This document shows, piece after piece, positions 21,913 to 34,787 of a stretch of DNA of 64,000 nucleotides. The position numbers and the translations under genes are program-made. This DNA comes from Penicillus capitatus (Eukaryota > Plantae > Chlorophyta): the NCBI GenBank assembly GCA_965649825.1, contig OZ287698.1, positions 1-64,000 of the forward strand, written 5' to 3'. Each line of letters opens with the position of its first letter. The first letter of the stretch is position 1. The notes beneath the pieces are model-generated. The model saw only the letters and a list, made by a program, of their open reading frames with translations, did no database searches and was not told where the DNA came from.

Positions 21913-22667
21913 GTGGGATAGCTGACGGATAGTTCCTTGCAGTTCTCTGGTACCACTTGTCTTGATGTCACTTTTTTGACGATGAGTGGATTGAAGAACA
22001 GCTTCATCAGTTCTTCGGATTCGAGTGCCACGCTCCATGAATTCAAAAGAGTGGGATTCTCTTCGGCATCGCTGACTGCGCCGGACAGTTTCTGCAAGTG
22101 AGGGAGAGACAAACTTAGCAAACCAATCACCGCATCTGTTTCTTGGCCGGCGAGTCCGATGGATAGCAAGTTCAGGAGCATGCTGATACTGGGCTGCTCT
22201 CTTCTGGATGTCGCTCGTGGATACCTAATCTTTGTACGTGGGTTTGTTATTTTCTCGACAGTGAGTTGTTCCGCATCGAATTCCTCTTCGCAGAGCAAGA
22301 TGCGAAAGGTGGCGTCATGCCTCGCCGGGTCAATCGAATTCAAAAACCAGTGAATGAATCGTGCTAACTGACCGCAGATGCACTTCCTGGCTTTAAAGAC
22401 TCTCACCGAGTGAGCTTGAATGATACAACGACCCAGGTAATAAACGGTTTCTGCCTTAAGACGGCCAGCGTTGGCAGTTTTCTCTTCTTCTTTCAGTTGA
22501 ATGATGGAATCGACGATTTCTCGTGTTTCTTCGTAGTTGTCGCGTTCCTGACACGAAGAATACGCCGTCGAGCTTGACGTCGCAGTGGAAGACGATTCTC
22601 CTGCTCCGTTTCTATGTAGCAGGTCGGATAACGACTGCAGCAAATTCTTCTCTTCCGGCGACGACAT
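21913..22667 (-). pseudogene. N-terminal part of the midasin-like gene, split by element B
   Basis: ORF MSSPEEKN...SVSYPT. Removing element B and one TSD gives TAT CCC ACG ACA GTC (YPTTV), in frame with TVTWSDNRTD below 17398. Confidence 0.8.
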
Positions 22668-23627
22668 TTAGACCTAAGCATTCACGTACACGTCAAAACA
22701 CGGCCATTCGGATTACACTAGAAAAGTTCTTTCTTCTTTTCTGAAAAGAGAATAGCGAAAATCGTGCTGTAGCCGCCGCCGTCATTGCCATCGAACGCGC
22801 AACAAAAAAGATCATGCGGCGAGACGGGTATAGAAAACTAGAACAAAGTCGTCGAAGAAATCATATGGAGTACCGTGTTTCTTTTAGAGACCGACTTCGG
22901 CTGAGTGTTGTCCACAAAAGAACAAAGTCAACGTTGCGTCCGTCGAACAAAGAAAGGTCCGTTTTTGTTCGTAGTTTCGGGTCAGATGTCAACTGTCATG
23001 TCATTGACCCGTTTCGTGGAGGTCTGTCGTAGACAATTAACGACACAGTTCGGCCACATGGGTGATCGATATGTGTTACCATACCTTGTCTCTGCTTCTT
23101 GTTTAAACAGTCACACACGTTACTATCATCAGACTGCTTTCAAATCGAGCCCATGAGAATCGCATCATAGAGAAGATCTAAAAACCGAATCAGCGTCTCC
23201 ATCCGTCGAGGATCATAGAAGAAGGTAAGCGTTTTCAGATGTACGGTGAGATAACAGATTTTGTATGGGAGATGTACAACGAAATGCCCAAAGCGAGGGA
23301 TGGTCAGCAACAAGGGCATTGTTCTCGGCGATCTGGAAAAGATCGCTTTCGAGGCACTTCGGAATGGGCGAACCCTGATCGAAGGAAGAACCGTTGACAT
23401 TTGTGCAACATCCACAAACCCGACGGGAGTTTTCGGGGAAAGCGGATTGCTCTTGCTCTTTTTTGAAGGGACGGCAGCATCAACTTCAACATCGTACCTT
23501 CAAGAATACTTTTTCGGAAGAATTATTGCCGAAGGCTTAGTGAAAGAAGGATCGAATGTGGAAAGACGAGCATCCGAGTTCACGTGATCGGGAGAATACA
23601 GTCAAAAGCATGCACTCGCAGTATCCC

Positions 23628-23857
23628 CTCAGGGGCTCACCATCGCCATCACGTCGTCGACGTTGTTCATTTCCGACACGCTCTGCTCACGGTAGGGGCT
23701 TCCATCTTTTACCTTCGTCCGTCTCTCTGCCAACCGCAGCGACAACTTCGAGAAAGCGTCGCGAAAGACGCGGGACACCTACGTGTTTTGACGCATTCTC
23801 AAGCGTCTTTCCGACGGGTAACCGCGCTTTCCAAGACTTTCCGTTATGCTTTCCCAT
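23628..23857 (-). pseudogene. Relic 5' end of an LSG1 paralog (exon 1, intron, exon 2)
   Basis: Close nucleotide match to 58007-58236, starting MGKHNGKSWKARLPVGKTLENASKH. The rest of LSG1 is absent here. Confidence 0.85.
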
Positions 23858-23885
23858 TCGAAACGTTCTTCTTAATGAGCGAATC

Positions 23886-25506
23886 TTAGTGTTCTTCTTT
23901 TGATTTCCTCCTATCCTTTGGAAATGTCCAATACAGTCCAGTGTAGCTGAGGCAGCAGAGCATCAAAGGGATCGTGATACACGCAAACAGACTGTTGCCT
24001 AACGCAAGAGCATTTGCTGCCTGATTCTTCTTGTCCTCCCCGATGGCCCCTGTAAATCCAAAATAGTGTTCGGCAACATGTCCCACAAGCGGTGCAGCTG
24101 TGGATGCAATAGCTCCCTCAAAAGATCGATCAAACGCAAATATCTTGCTGTACAGCGCAGACGGTACAAGTTCCGAAAACATCGGTGCGTTGCAAGCATA
24201 GCCACACCACGAAATCAATGATCCGAGCAGAAACAGAACTGAGCCAAAGAGAATAGTTCTCCCAGATGTCTGCATCATCGGCAACACTTTAAAGAGAACA
24301 AAAAACAGTGGAAATCCCGACAGACAGCTGATCTGTGCAGTCATGATTCTCCCAGAGTCTGGATACTTGGTAGCGAGAGTATCTGCCACGAATCCGCCAA
24401 TGACACCACCACACGCACATCCGATAGTGAAGGCCGATGAAAAAATACTGGAGACAAAATCACTGAATCCCATGAGTTGAAACCACAACGTGAAGAAGAC
24501 CATGGCATTCCAAGGTAATGTCCCGATAACCCCTTGAAAGATAATAACCCCAAACGATGGAATGCTCACGATCTGCAAAAGATCATTCCACATAGAACCT
24601 GTGATGTCGTGTCGAGAATATGTATGCATCGTCATGTTTGAGTTCATAGGTATTACTTTGAGCTTTCGGCGAAGAAGCAGCAAGTAGTTTGTTAGACTCA
24701 AGATCATCTGTCGACGAACGACCTCTCAGGCGATCATACCGAGGGTCTCGTCCATACAGCCAAACAAGGACGCCTGGTGCGCAGGAGTACTCGTCATACA
24801 CTCGGCAGTCTTGCTGCATGCATAGTTACTTGTTATGATGCTTAGCAGAGCTACCACGTGAAGGGCAAATCTCCACCCATCTATCCCAAAAGGAGAGTAA
24901 TGTCCAACATTGGTGGCAAACAGACCGCCTCCGACTGCACCCGCAGCAGAAACCAGCTGCATCAGACCAAAGGCGCGACCTCGAAAGGTCGGCGAGTACA
25001 GGTCAGCAATCACACTCTGGCTGCATGGGATCACTAATGAAAGGCCCAAGCCATTCACTGCGGCACAGAACATTGCCTAGGCAGTGGCATATTGTCAGTT
25101 TCCACACCACCTTGCATTTCAGACGAAATACTTGATTTACTGTCGCGGCAGCTGCGATTGCCGATGTCATGACACCCCATATGAGGCAGCCGACAGCAAT
25201 GACGGATATTCGGTTGTATTTGTCGCCAAAGAAGCCACTTAGCGGAGACGCCAGCGCCTGAAATGATCGGAACGCCGACCAACGTGCTTATCGGTTACAA
25301 TGAGAATGACGCCGTCGCACCTGAACGAGTGCCCGACACAGTGTGATTTGACCGAGCTGTAGCGGCGTTGCTCCCCATGACCTCCCTGCAAAGTAGTATA
25401 CAGAAGGCAACACCTGCTCATCTGCCCGCTCGACAACCGATGCAAAGTACACCAATGCTGTCGTCACAGCTCGAGTGTCCATTGAGGAGACCGAATATCG
25501 ACTCAT
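23886..25506 (-). CDS. Major facilitator superfamily transporter (spinster-like), multi-exon
   Basis: VERADEQVLPSVY, SVIADLY...RGRAFG, DGWRFAL, GTLPWNAMVFFTLWFQLMGF, IFAFDRSFE; multiple hydrophobic segments; GT-AG introns. Confidence 0.9.
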
Positions 25507-25641
25507 TAAATCTTATTTTGCAGCCTATGCCGAAGAAAACAAAAGGTGAGTTGTCTGAGAACCGTAGTAGTAAGTAAATCTGATCGTACAACACACTCCG
25601 TAGTGAACTAATGAGACGAAAGGAAAAAGAATTCTAAGAGT

Positions 25642-28600
25642 TTAAGTTGTTTTGCTAGTATCCTCCTGTTGCATTCCTTCAGGAGGCATTAGGCGAAAAG
25701 ATCTTGCAACAGCTTCAAACAAATGTTCAATTTCTGGTGCGGAGGCGGTGATTCCTAGATCCCAGAATCTGTACTTCTGATTCGTAATCAATTCAATGAA
25801 CGTTTTGAAAAGTCCCCGTGGATGAGGTTTCTGAACGATCAACCTCTCAAGAACGACTCGGGTGATCTGCTCTTGCAAGACACGATTCTCTGCTTCGGCA
25901 AATAATGTCAGCAACAGTGTACTAAAGTAGTGCGTGTGGCTGTTGGGATAACGCAGCTGATTGGCAATCCCGTTCAAAAACAGGTACCTTCCCTCTGTAT
26001 CCAAATCATTGGCTAGTTTTTTGTAAATGTCCATCGCATTCGAGAGCTGTTGTTGTTGTTGAGCAGAAGAGTCGCCTTGAGATCTATCACTGGAAAGGGC
26101 AATCATTCCTGTGTACAGCACCAGGCAGTTCATGAGCACCATATTGTATGTCGTGCCCTCAATCTTCTGCGCTTCCTACAAGACAGGAAAAGGATCAAAT
26201 AACAGCAACGACAGCAGATATGAAGAGACATACCACTGGAAGCACAAGTGCTTTAATGATGGTATCCAGAAATGTGACCGGGTTTCCAGACTTGATGTAT
26301 TCTTCAACTTTTCCTTTTAACTCGTCAGGGAGGAGCTTTCCGACATCTGTGAGGATTTTTGGCTCGACCTTGATTTCTGGCAAGATGTCGAAATTGAGGT
26401 TTGGTGTAGAAAGGTCGGGCAAGCGAATGTGCGTCGGTGATGCACTGAGGACAAGATTGCGCATCTGGACACAACTGGGAGGGATGATGTTGCAAAGCTC
26501 CACGTGAAATTCGCAGAAGAACTCTGGGAAGTCTTGAAGGAGCACCAGCATGATTCGAAGAAGTCCCTTGTACAACACCCTCAGCGTCTCGCCTAACTCT
26601 CCATGTCTTAAGTACGGCTGCATGAATAAAAGGACACCCATGAAAAGAGCCCTGAAGTATGGCCAGCCCTTTCTTTCCGGATACTTCAGGAGCCTTGGAA
26701 GCAGCATCCGATGAGAGAAGAGTTCCATCCAGGAGAATGTGAATCCGGGGACTCTCTGAGGTCGACAACTGATCAGTGCCGATGTCAACGTTGTTATCAC
26801 ATCAAGGGAACCCATTTCATCGATGCCTTCAGGCAGGAGCTCGTGGTACAATCCAATGAACACGCGGTAATACGGTCTGGAATTGAAGTGTGATGCTCTG
26901 TCGTCATGGTCTCTGTACAGAACAAGCACGATGATTTCGAGAATTCTCTTCAGTCCAGCGACGCCATCGACATTTTCGATATGATTCATCAAAGTGGCAG
27001 CCAGCTTCACAAATGCATCAATCATGATGAAGGAAACACGGCCATCGCCTGTCTTGGTTCCCTGCGACATAGGAACCTCTGTGTTGACACAGTGCAGCAC
27101 AGAAAGCTCAATACAGATTCGGAAGACTCTGTTCGTCACATCATCTCCCTTGAGGAAACCAGCCTTGACGAATGGCTCGATTCCAGCTGCAATGTTCTTC
27201 TCAGATGGATCGGCATGTACGATCTTGGCCCAGTTGTCAAACATCGGGGCCACTTGTTCTCTGAGTCCATCTGGATCTGGATCCCTCAGCAATTTTCGGG
27301 CATCGTCGATCAGCATGACAATTCTCTCGCCCTCATGTGTGGTTGAAGCGAGTTTTCTCAGCACTTCCAGTGTTGTGGGTAAGTCTGAAGCTTTAATGAT
27401 GCGGTCAACGATCATGTTCTGGTTGATGATGCTGACAACAAAGTCGACACTGCCAAGGACAGGACCACTGCGATTGGACAGACAACCAGCCAAGAACACG
27501 TCCAGCTCTGGGTAATGAATGAGATGCGCTTTTGCTAAACTATTGATCACGACTCTGTTAAAACGTCTTGCTTCATTCTGGCACACTTGACAGTACCAGC
27601 TGGTCAACTGATGCGGCAGGCGGGCAAATCCCAGATTCTTCATGGCATTCAGCCCAGCACAGATGACACTACCAGAAAGAGTCGAAGGTCTGTCATACAA
27701 CAGGATAAAGAGCCTTTCGGCCAGTCCTGTCGCAACGTCTTCACGCTTCTGCGTCATGTTCACGATATCGCCCAGATCCGAAACAAGACTGTGGATCTCA
27801 GATGTCTCCGGGAGGTTATTCACATCCAATGCGTGGTTTTCCTTGGCTAAGGCAGCATCCAATCTCGTTTGCCATATGGCATACTTCTCAGCCAGTGTCG
27901 TTGGCTTGTATGCAGCTAAGATGGGTTCTTGAATCTGCTGCGCACTGTCGATCTGAGGAGACTGTGGTTGATCGATGTGCAGCAGCTGCTGATTGGCGCG
28001 TGGAATTCGTGCAAAGTCATCGTAAACGCGTGTCAGATGAGGATTCAAGTGACCAGGTTTGGGTCGCAAGCTTTCTGGTAGTGCGGCTGGGAAACGGCTT
28101 CCTCCCTTGTTGAAGATGGACATGTCGTAAAAGGGGGTCGATGCAGCACGGGCTTTCTGTCGTGATTGGTAGTAGGGCAACAGTCTTTCGTCGACTTCCT
28201 TCACTGCCTTGTCTGTGGATGCCTTCTCGATAATGGTACAGCCCAAATCCAAATTGTCGGCGACAACGATGTTGATGGTTTGTTCCAGTAACGTCGGATC
28301 CAGCATCGTCTGCAGGACATTCTTTAGCTGATTGACCAAGCTAACTTTCAGCGGCTCCTTGCATGTCACCAATGCGAGACTGCCAGCAAGACTGCTGACC
28401 ATCAGGTGAGCTGCCTGCCGAAGTTTCTTCTCATCTGGTTCCATTGCAAAATCTTTGGTGACAAGTTCCTTGGTCGTCGTACATGCAATCATCACACTTC
28501 GTTCAACGACAGGAGTGATGATTTCATAGATAGCTCTGTCGATCGCCATGGACACGAAGCGTTTCAGCTGAATTCTGTCTGCGATGGATGCCAGTGTCGG

Positions 28601-31600
28601 ATTGATTGTCACAAGTTGATGCAAAGTGGCCGTCATCTGCCCCAACGCATTCGAATCAAGTGGCTGCATGCCAGACACTTGCCCTGGTGCACCAGGATTC
28701 GGCACAACAGGAAAGTTCAGTGGTTGGAAATTGACTCGTGGCGGAATGGATGGACCTTCGACACTCTGTTCCATTGCTTGACGCATTCCGAGCAACTGAG
28801 AATGCGCCGGAGGCACAATCTGCTGTGGCTGTTCCACTGTATTCGGAGGCTCCAGTGGAAGTTGATGCGTTCCCTTTCGGTAAGGTGATACGTCTCCCAG
28901 TCCATAAGAGAGTCTAGATGTTGCAGATGGCGGTGGTTGGGGTGGTTTGTCATGAAAATCTGGATTATCTTCGATCTCCCTCTCGAGCGATTCCAATGTC
29001 TTCAAAGGCTCGATGTCCTTCATGTTGATCTCAAAGTCTTTGAAGATCATTTCGATTTCAAAGCAAATGTTCATCTTTAACCCTTCCAATCGGTAGATCT
29101 CTGCCAAAAGGGTCAGGATACCCTTGATCCACGGATTGTCCGGACCATAAACCTTGGACTCGCGACATTGCTCCAGGACTTTGTGGACGAAGGGTATGAC
29201 GGCGACCATCTTTCCTTTCTCGTATGCCTCATAGATAATTGCCTTCAAATCGAGGTCTTTCTGTCTGACGGGTTTATTCTTTGCCAGAGTCAACTGACCG
29301 AGCCAACTGCCCAAGTTCTTCAACAGGGATCGATTGCTGATCTCAACTTTGATTTTGTTGTTCTCCAACAGGATCTTGATATACTGGTAGGTGAACTGCA
29401 CGATGTTGTCCAGCAATCTCTTGTTCCCCATCTTATCGAGCAGTGTCATGTACAGTGGCTGAAAGTTGCTTTCCTGTGCCGCCCTCTTCACGACCACATA
29501 GTTCGCAAGCCACTGATCATAGTCTGTTGGTACAGTTTCCAGCAATTCGCTGACTTTTGAATCCACGTTCTGATGCGATAGATTGTTGAAAATAAAGGAA
29601 ACCTTGTCACGAACGCGTTCTGGAGCATCTGGAAAATTGGAAAACATCTCGGATGCCGATTCCAACACGGATGCGCCAGTGCCAGACAGACCAACAGCAG
29701 AACTCGATTGAGAGCCTGTTGCTGCTGCTGCTTCTCCAGATGTCGTATCTGGATTCGGATTTGGTGCATCATCTGTTCATTGCCATCGTGAGATGCATAA
29801 GAGAAGAGGCAAATGCTTACCAGGATTGTTATCTGTGCCATCCACCATCTCATTCTGCGGTCCTTCCGCAGACAGCGCCTTGCTTCCTCCAATGCCGTCT
29901 TTGATAAAAGCAATCAATTCTGGATCGGATTCCTGAACCTGAGGGATTTGCAGCACTTGCGTGCAGTACTGTGGCCATCCAGGCAACTCCTGCTTGAACT
30001 GATTGATCGCTGTCAACCCAAATTTGAACATCTTGGAATCGTCCGTCTTCTTCAATGCATCCAGTACGTAACGCAACGCAATGCCAAGTGTAATGGAAGA
30101 GACCAACTGATTGTGGATCAGTTGGCCGAACAACATTGCCGTGATGTGCAATGCCTTGTCGGGATAGTTGGGAAAGAATCGGTACTCGTCAAATAGGTTA
30201 TGCACCATGCAAGCGAACACCTCTTGTTCCCTCTGTTCCGAAGACGACTTGTATTGTTTCAGCATGGTGATCACATCTTCAAGGCGTGTTTGTTCAGAAT
30301 AGATTCGATGGAAGTAGACATTCGCCTCGTCTTCGATGTCACTAGCAAACACCTCAGATTGCTCTGCCTGTGCTGCGAGAGTGTGCAGCTGAGGAAACAG
30401 CAATCCAGCTCTGTACTCAACGTGCTTCACACTGGTGGTGAGTTCTGGTGAGAAACCCGAGGAGTTGCTCTTGAGGACACGAAGATACACGTCCAGTGTT
30501 TCCACTGACAGACTGCTCAACGTCCCGCTGTCCACTGTCATGGCATCCAGTTTCGTATTGAGAAATCTGAGGACAGCCTCCATGAACGGCAATCCGTCTG
30601 AGGAAATCTTATCCTTCAACCACTTGTCGAGATTGAGGTACTCTCTCCTTGCTGCCAACGAAGCCATGTCAACAGCCATCAAGTGCGGAGACCTTTCCAA
30701 CACAAATGGAAGTGCCTTCAACTCTTGACAGACGTCCAGAATGCGGGAAACAATGGAATTGTCTCCCTCATACATTCTCACAATGAAATTAATGATTCGT
30801 TCTTTGCATGTTGACCAAATGCGATGAAGGACAACGAACGTGTTGGGATTCGATGCAATAAAGATTGGAAGCAATTTCTCGACCACATCACACTGAATCT
30901 TTCCCCAATCCTCACTGACTGTTACCATAGCCACCAGAAGGACCTCCTGACAGTGCTTCAACGGATAAGAGATGATCTCTGTGACAGCATCTGTCAGTCT
31001 TGGATTCTCTCCGAGCGTACACAGCGTCCGAACGAGATCAAGACAGAGCCATGCGTGATTGGGTGTACCGAATGGCGTCTTTCCATTTTGTATGCCATCC
31101 AAGCGATTCATTTTCTTGCGGGAATGCTCAAAGGTAAACACTTCTGGCGGTGCCAATGTTGCTTGACGCAGAAATGACACCTGTCCATCAGCATTGCGCC
31201 AGAGACGACCAATTACGGTTTCCAGGGGGAAGAGTTCTTGGAAAGCCTTTTTGAAGCAAGACATCAACAGCTTGAACGCCTGGGGATCCGGGACGTAGAA
31301 TTCTTCGTAGTCCAATGCCGTGGCCACTCCAAACCAATTCAAATCTGGATGTTGTGCCTTCAGGACATCAATCAACAAATCAAAGTCCCATCCTGTCGCT
31401 GTCTTCGAAGCAGTAGATGGAGGAGGGGTTGATCCAAAAATGAGATCCAAGATGCCCTTGTTCATGGATTCTCTTGGGCGATCGGCCAGTCCATCGTGCG
31501 TTCGGATCATTTTACCCAACATCTCCGCCACAGACGTCTCGTTGATGCGAAATATCTCAAGGATTCCACGCAGCACTTTCTCACTTGACGTTGCCACATA

Positions 31601-32258
31601 TCCCACTTCCTCCAGCAATCCTGGCAACGTGTAAGACTCTTCGAGATTCGCAGACATTTGAGCCGTCTCTTTCACAGGTACAGATATTTTGAGAGGAAGA
31701 AGCAGCTCCTTGTTCGTAGAGAGTTCAGTCGCCCTGTCTCTGACGTGTTGAACAAAGCGATGGTAGTCAACGAAAAGCTCCTCGTTTGTTTCGACAAACG
31801 CAAGCACGTCGTGAATGACGGTTTCCGACACGGGGATGTTTGGTTGGTCAAACTCCAACAGTTTCTCTTTGAAAAAGCCCAGACCTGTCAATAGACGCGG
31901 TCTCAAAGGCGGCGGCGGTTGGAATAACGCAATGGACGGTACCTTCTTGACTCCAAACGGCGTCTGTGGTTTGAGCTACAGCCAAAGCGACGTCCACTTG
32001 TGCCTCGAATTCAAGGTCGATGGCCTCAACGAGGTTGTTCAGGTAGTTTTCACAGAACTTGCCAGAAGAGAGCAGTGCTTGAGACAAGACACTGGCAAAA
32101 TTAACGGGGCGCTGCTGTTTATGGAAAAGAACTGTCAAAAGTTCAAGTTTTCGTCGCTGAGAAGGCGCTTCGGGTGAATGCCCTTCGGTAAAGTCAAGGT
32201 CCTCAACCAATACGTCGAGCAAGGCAACCACACCACGTCGGCCAAACTTGGCAGCCAA
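25642..32258 (-). CDS. NOT1: CCR4-NOT complex scaffold subunit 1, multi-exon; extra 5' exons up to ~32670 are possible
   Basis: Long ORFs with Not1 motifs: EREQEVFACMVHNLFDEYRFF, VRDKVSFIFNNLS, RSLLKNLGSWLG, ITPVVERSV.IAC.TT.ELV.KDFA.E, RVPGFTFSWMEL, NQLRYPNSHTHYFS, ERLIVQKPHPRGL. Confidence 0.96.
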
Positions 32259-32695
32259 CTAACACAGAAACAGCATCATCATCATCCGTAAACAACCAGC
32301 CATCGCTCAGTCTTGGCTATGGCTATGGCGTTTGGCGCGACGACGAGTGAACGGGCAACTGCGCGAGGAGTTCCATGCGTTTTGTGCTTTACCGTGAGGC
32401 AGTCTTGAATGGCAACGTGAGAGGTGTCTCTGCTCTGCGAATGACACAACACTCGATATTCTCTGCAAACGGCGGAGAACAATGGCGAAGACCGAGTTCG
32501 CATGCTGACACATGGCATCTGAGTCATTGCACTCAACTAATGCAAACGGTCACATCACGATCGCCATTTCATGGCCAACGGTCGATACATCGCAGATCCA
32601 TCCATCCATCCGTTACAGTAAGCACCTCAATGTCAACGCAAGGCAATGAGGGGAATCGAATGGCGTCGCATTATGAAAGACGGAAGGGAGTTTGT

Positions 32696-33208
32696 TCATT
32701 TTTCAAATGCAAATTTATTGCGATCATATGTCTGCTTGGCACCGGGAGCACTGCTGGCTGCATTCGCACCCGCGTCCTGCGAATCACACAAGGCATTTCA
32801 GCAAACGATTCTCAGTAGCAATGACTAATCTATCCTCACTCTGCTGAGTTTCCAGTACAGCTCTACGATCTGGATGGAGATCACGAGAAAACAATCACGG
32901 ACTGTGACACCTGTATGTATAGAGGAGAGAAGTCACACCTCTCTGCAGTTTTGATGATGGTTCACTCCTTCGCGCTGATAGCACTCGCGCATTCTTTGGC
33001 GGACAATCTTGGAACAGAGAGGACCATTGCTGCAGGAATATACCCATCGCTCGGTATCCCTCACCTTTACTTTCTCAATCTCGACCATTTTGCGACGGAC
33101 GAGGTATTCCTTCATCTCCAGGAAGGCTAGGCGATCGGCATAGGGATTCTCCGGGTCGTAGTTCTTCGGAGGACCCTCCGGGATCTTGAAGTTGTGCTCG
33201 CGCGGCAT
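32696..33208 (-). CDS. NDUFB10: NADH:ubiquinone oxidoreductase PDSW/B10 subunit
   Basis: YDPENPYAD...EMKEYLVRRKMVEIEKVK, intron, then IVRQRMRECYQREGVNHHQNCRE, matching the plant and algal PDSW pattern. Confidence 0.88.
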
Positions 33209-33282
33209 GCGTTCGTTCGGAATGACAGTCGCGACGGCGTCATTACGTGGCCATTAATTGCTTTCTCGTTCGCCAAGCGGCG

Positions 33283-34596
33283 ATGGCAACTCTGTTGTGG
33301 CGACGCCTGTCTCTGAAACAACTGACGTGCTCTTTCTCGACAGTCGCGTCTGTGAAATCGCAGCTGACGCCTTCCACTTGTCACCTTCTCTTTCGAAAGG
33401 CAGTTATCGATGAATCGACAGGTAAAGAGAGATGAACAGGACAGATTTGGTGAAAGGGTGTGTGTGATCTGCAGGATTCTGCCCTTACCTTTCCAACTCC
33501 CTACTGCTGCGACACTTTCATTCTTCTCCTGGTATGGCCGACTGCAGTCTATCTGTCTCAATTGTTTCTTTGTTTCTGTTCCAGTGATCTTGGGTGCAGA
33601 CTTCTATGAAATCCTTGGCGTGCCGCGCACAGCAGACGACAAAGAAATCAAACGCGCTTATCACCAGAAGGCGATGCAACTGCATCCGGATAGAAATAAA
33701 GTGAGCAACCCTCGATGTGCAATGAGGAGAGCGTATAAGGAATCCGTTATCGTGTGTTGCATGTAGAATGACCCGAAAGCCCCGGAGAAGTTTCAAGAAT
33801 TGCATAAGGCATACACAACACTGTCAAACAAGAAGAAGAGGAGACTCTATGATCAGTTAGGCGCAGAGAATTACGAGCGCATGGAGACGGGAAGTGGTGA
33901 TGGATCGTCTGGATTCCATGTCTGTTCAGCAGAGCATGCAATCTGTAGTATCACTGCTGTTGGATGCTTGTGTAGGGAGACATACATCCTGATATGCACA
34001 CTGTGTTTGAGCATTTCAGCAAAGCATTTGGAGGCGGCGCCTTTGGTTTTCATTTCGGTGGTGGAATGGAAGATTTCTTCAGAGGAAGTGGCGGCGGATT
34101 CAGTCGGATGACGATGCAGGAGGTCGGCCTATCGTTCATGGAAGCCGTCAAAGGGACGACAAAGAAAATCCGTTTCGACGCCGGCATGAGTCCGATCGAA
34201 GTTGAATTCCCTGCCGGAATCGACACTGGCCAACAAGTCATTGTGGAAGCACCAGATGGCGGGCAGATTATTCTGACAGCTATTGTGGATCGACATCCTA
34301 TTTTCGAAAGAAGGGCTCTGGACATCATCGTCCACTCGAAGATCGGCATTGTCGAAGCGGCACTGGGAGGCTCCACAGAGGTTCCTACGCTGGAAGGGAA
34401 CACGAGAATCTCTTTCAATGAAGGGACACAGAACGGAGACAAATTGAGGTTAAAAGGGAAGGGCGTGCGAATTGGACAGCAGCGGGGTGATCTCTACGTC
34501 TTCATTTCTGTCATTGTCCCATCAAGACTGACAGCCAAACAGAAAGAACTACTCATCGAATTCTCAAAGGAAGAACTGGCGAAGAAAGCAGCCTGA
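33283..34596 (+). CDS. DnaJ/Hsp40 chaperone, probably mitochondrial, with no zinc finger seen
   Basis: Basic presequence [13 protein letters not shown] domain DFYEILGV...HPDRNK...KFQEL..AY..LS...KRRLYD. G/F-rich linker. C-terminal [17 protein letters not shown]...RGDLYV. Confidence 0.92.
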
Positions 34597-34787
34597 TGGA
34601 TGGAATGTGCTTGGCCTCTCTGAGTTGTGTGTAGACGCAGGAATACATTGAATCATGTATGCATGTGTTCTGAGCGCTCACACTTACAACGAATCAAATG
34701 GCTATCAAACACGATGTGACAGGCAGTCATAGGTCATTGTTTGCTGCCAACAGAGTTCTTACTTCCTCATACGTTACTGGCTAAACA

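Noticed and set aside
22814-23587. Short ORFs between the midasin-like start and the LSG1 relic, and similar fragments at 53.6-56.2 kb
   Set aside because: No recognisable domain or consistent gene model; probably decayed duplication remnants, so they were not called as genes.
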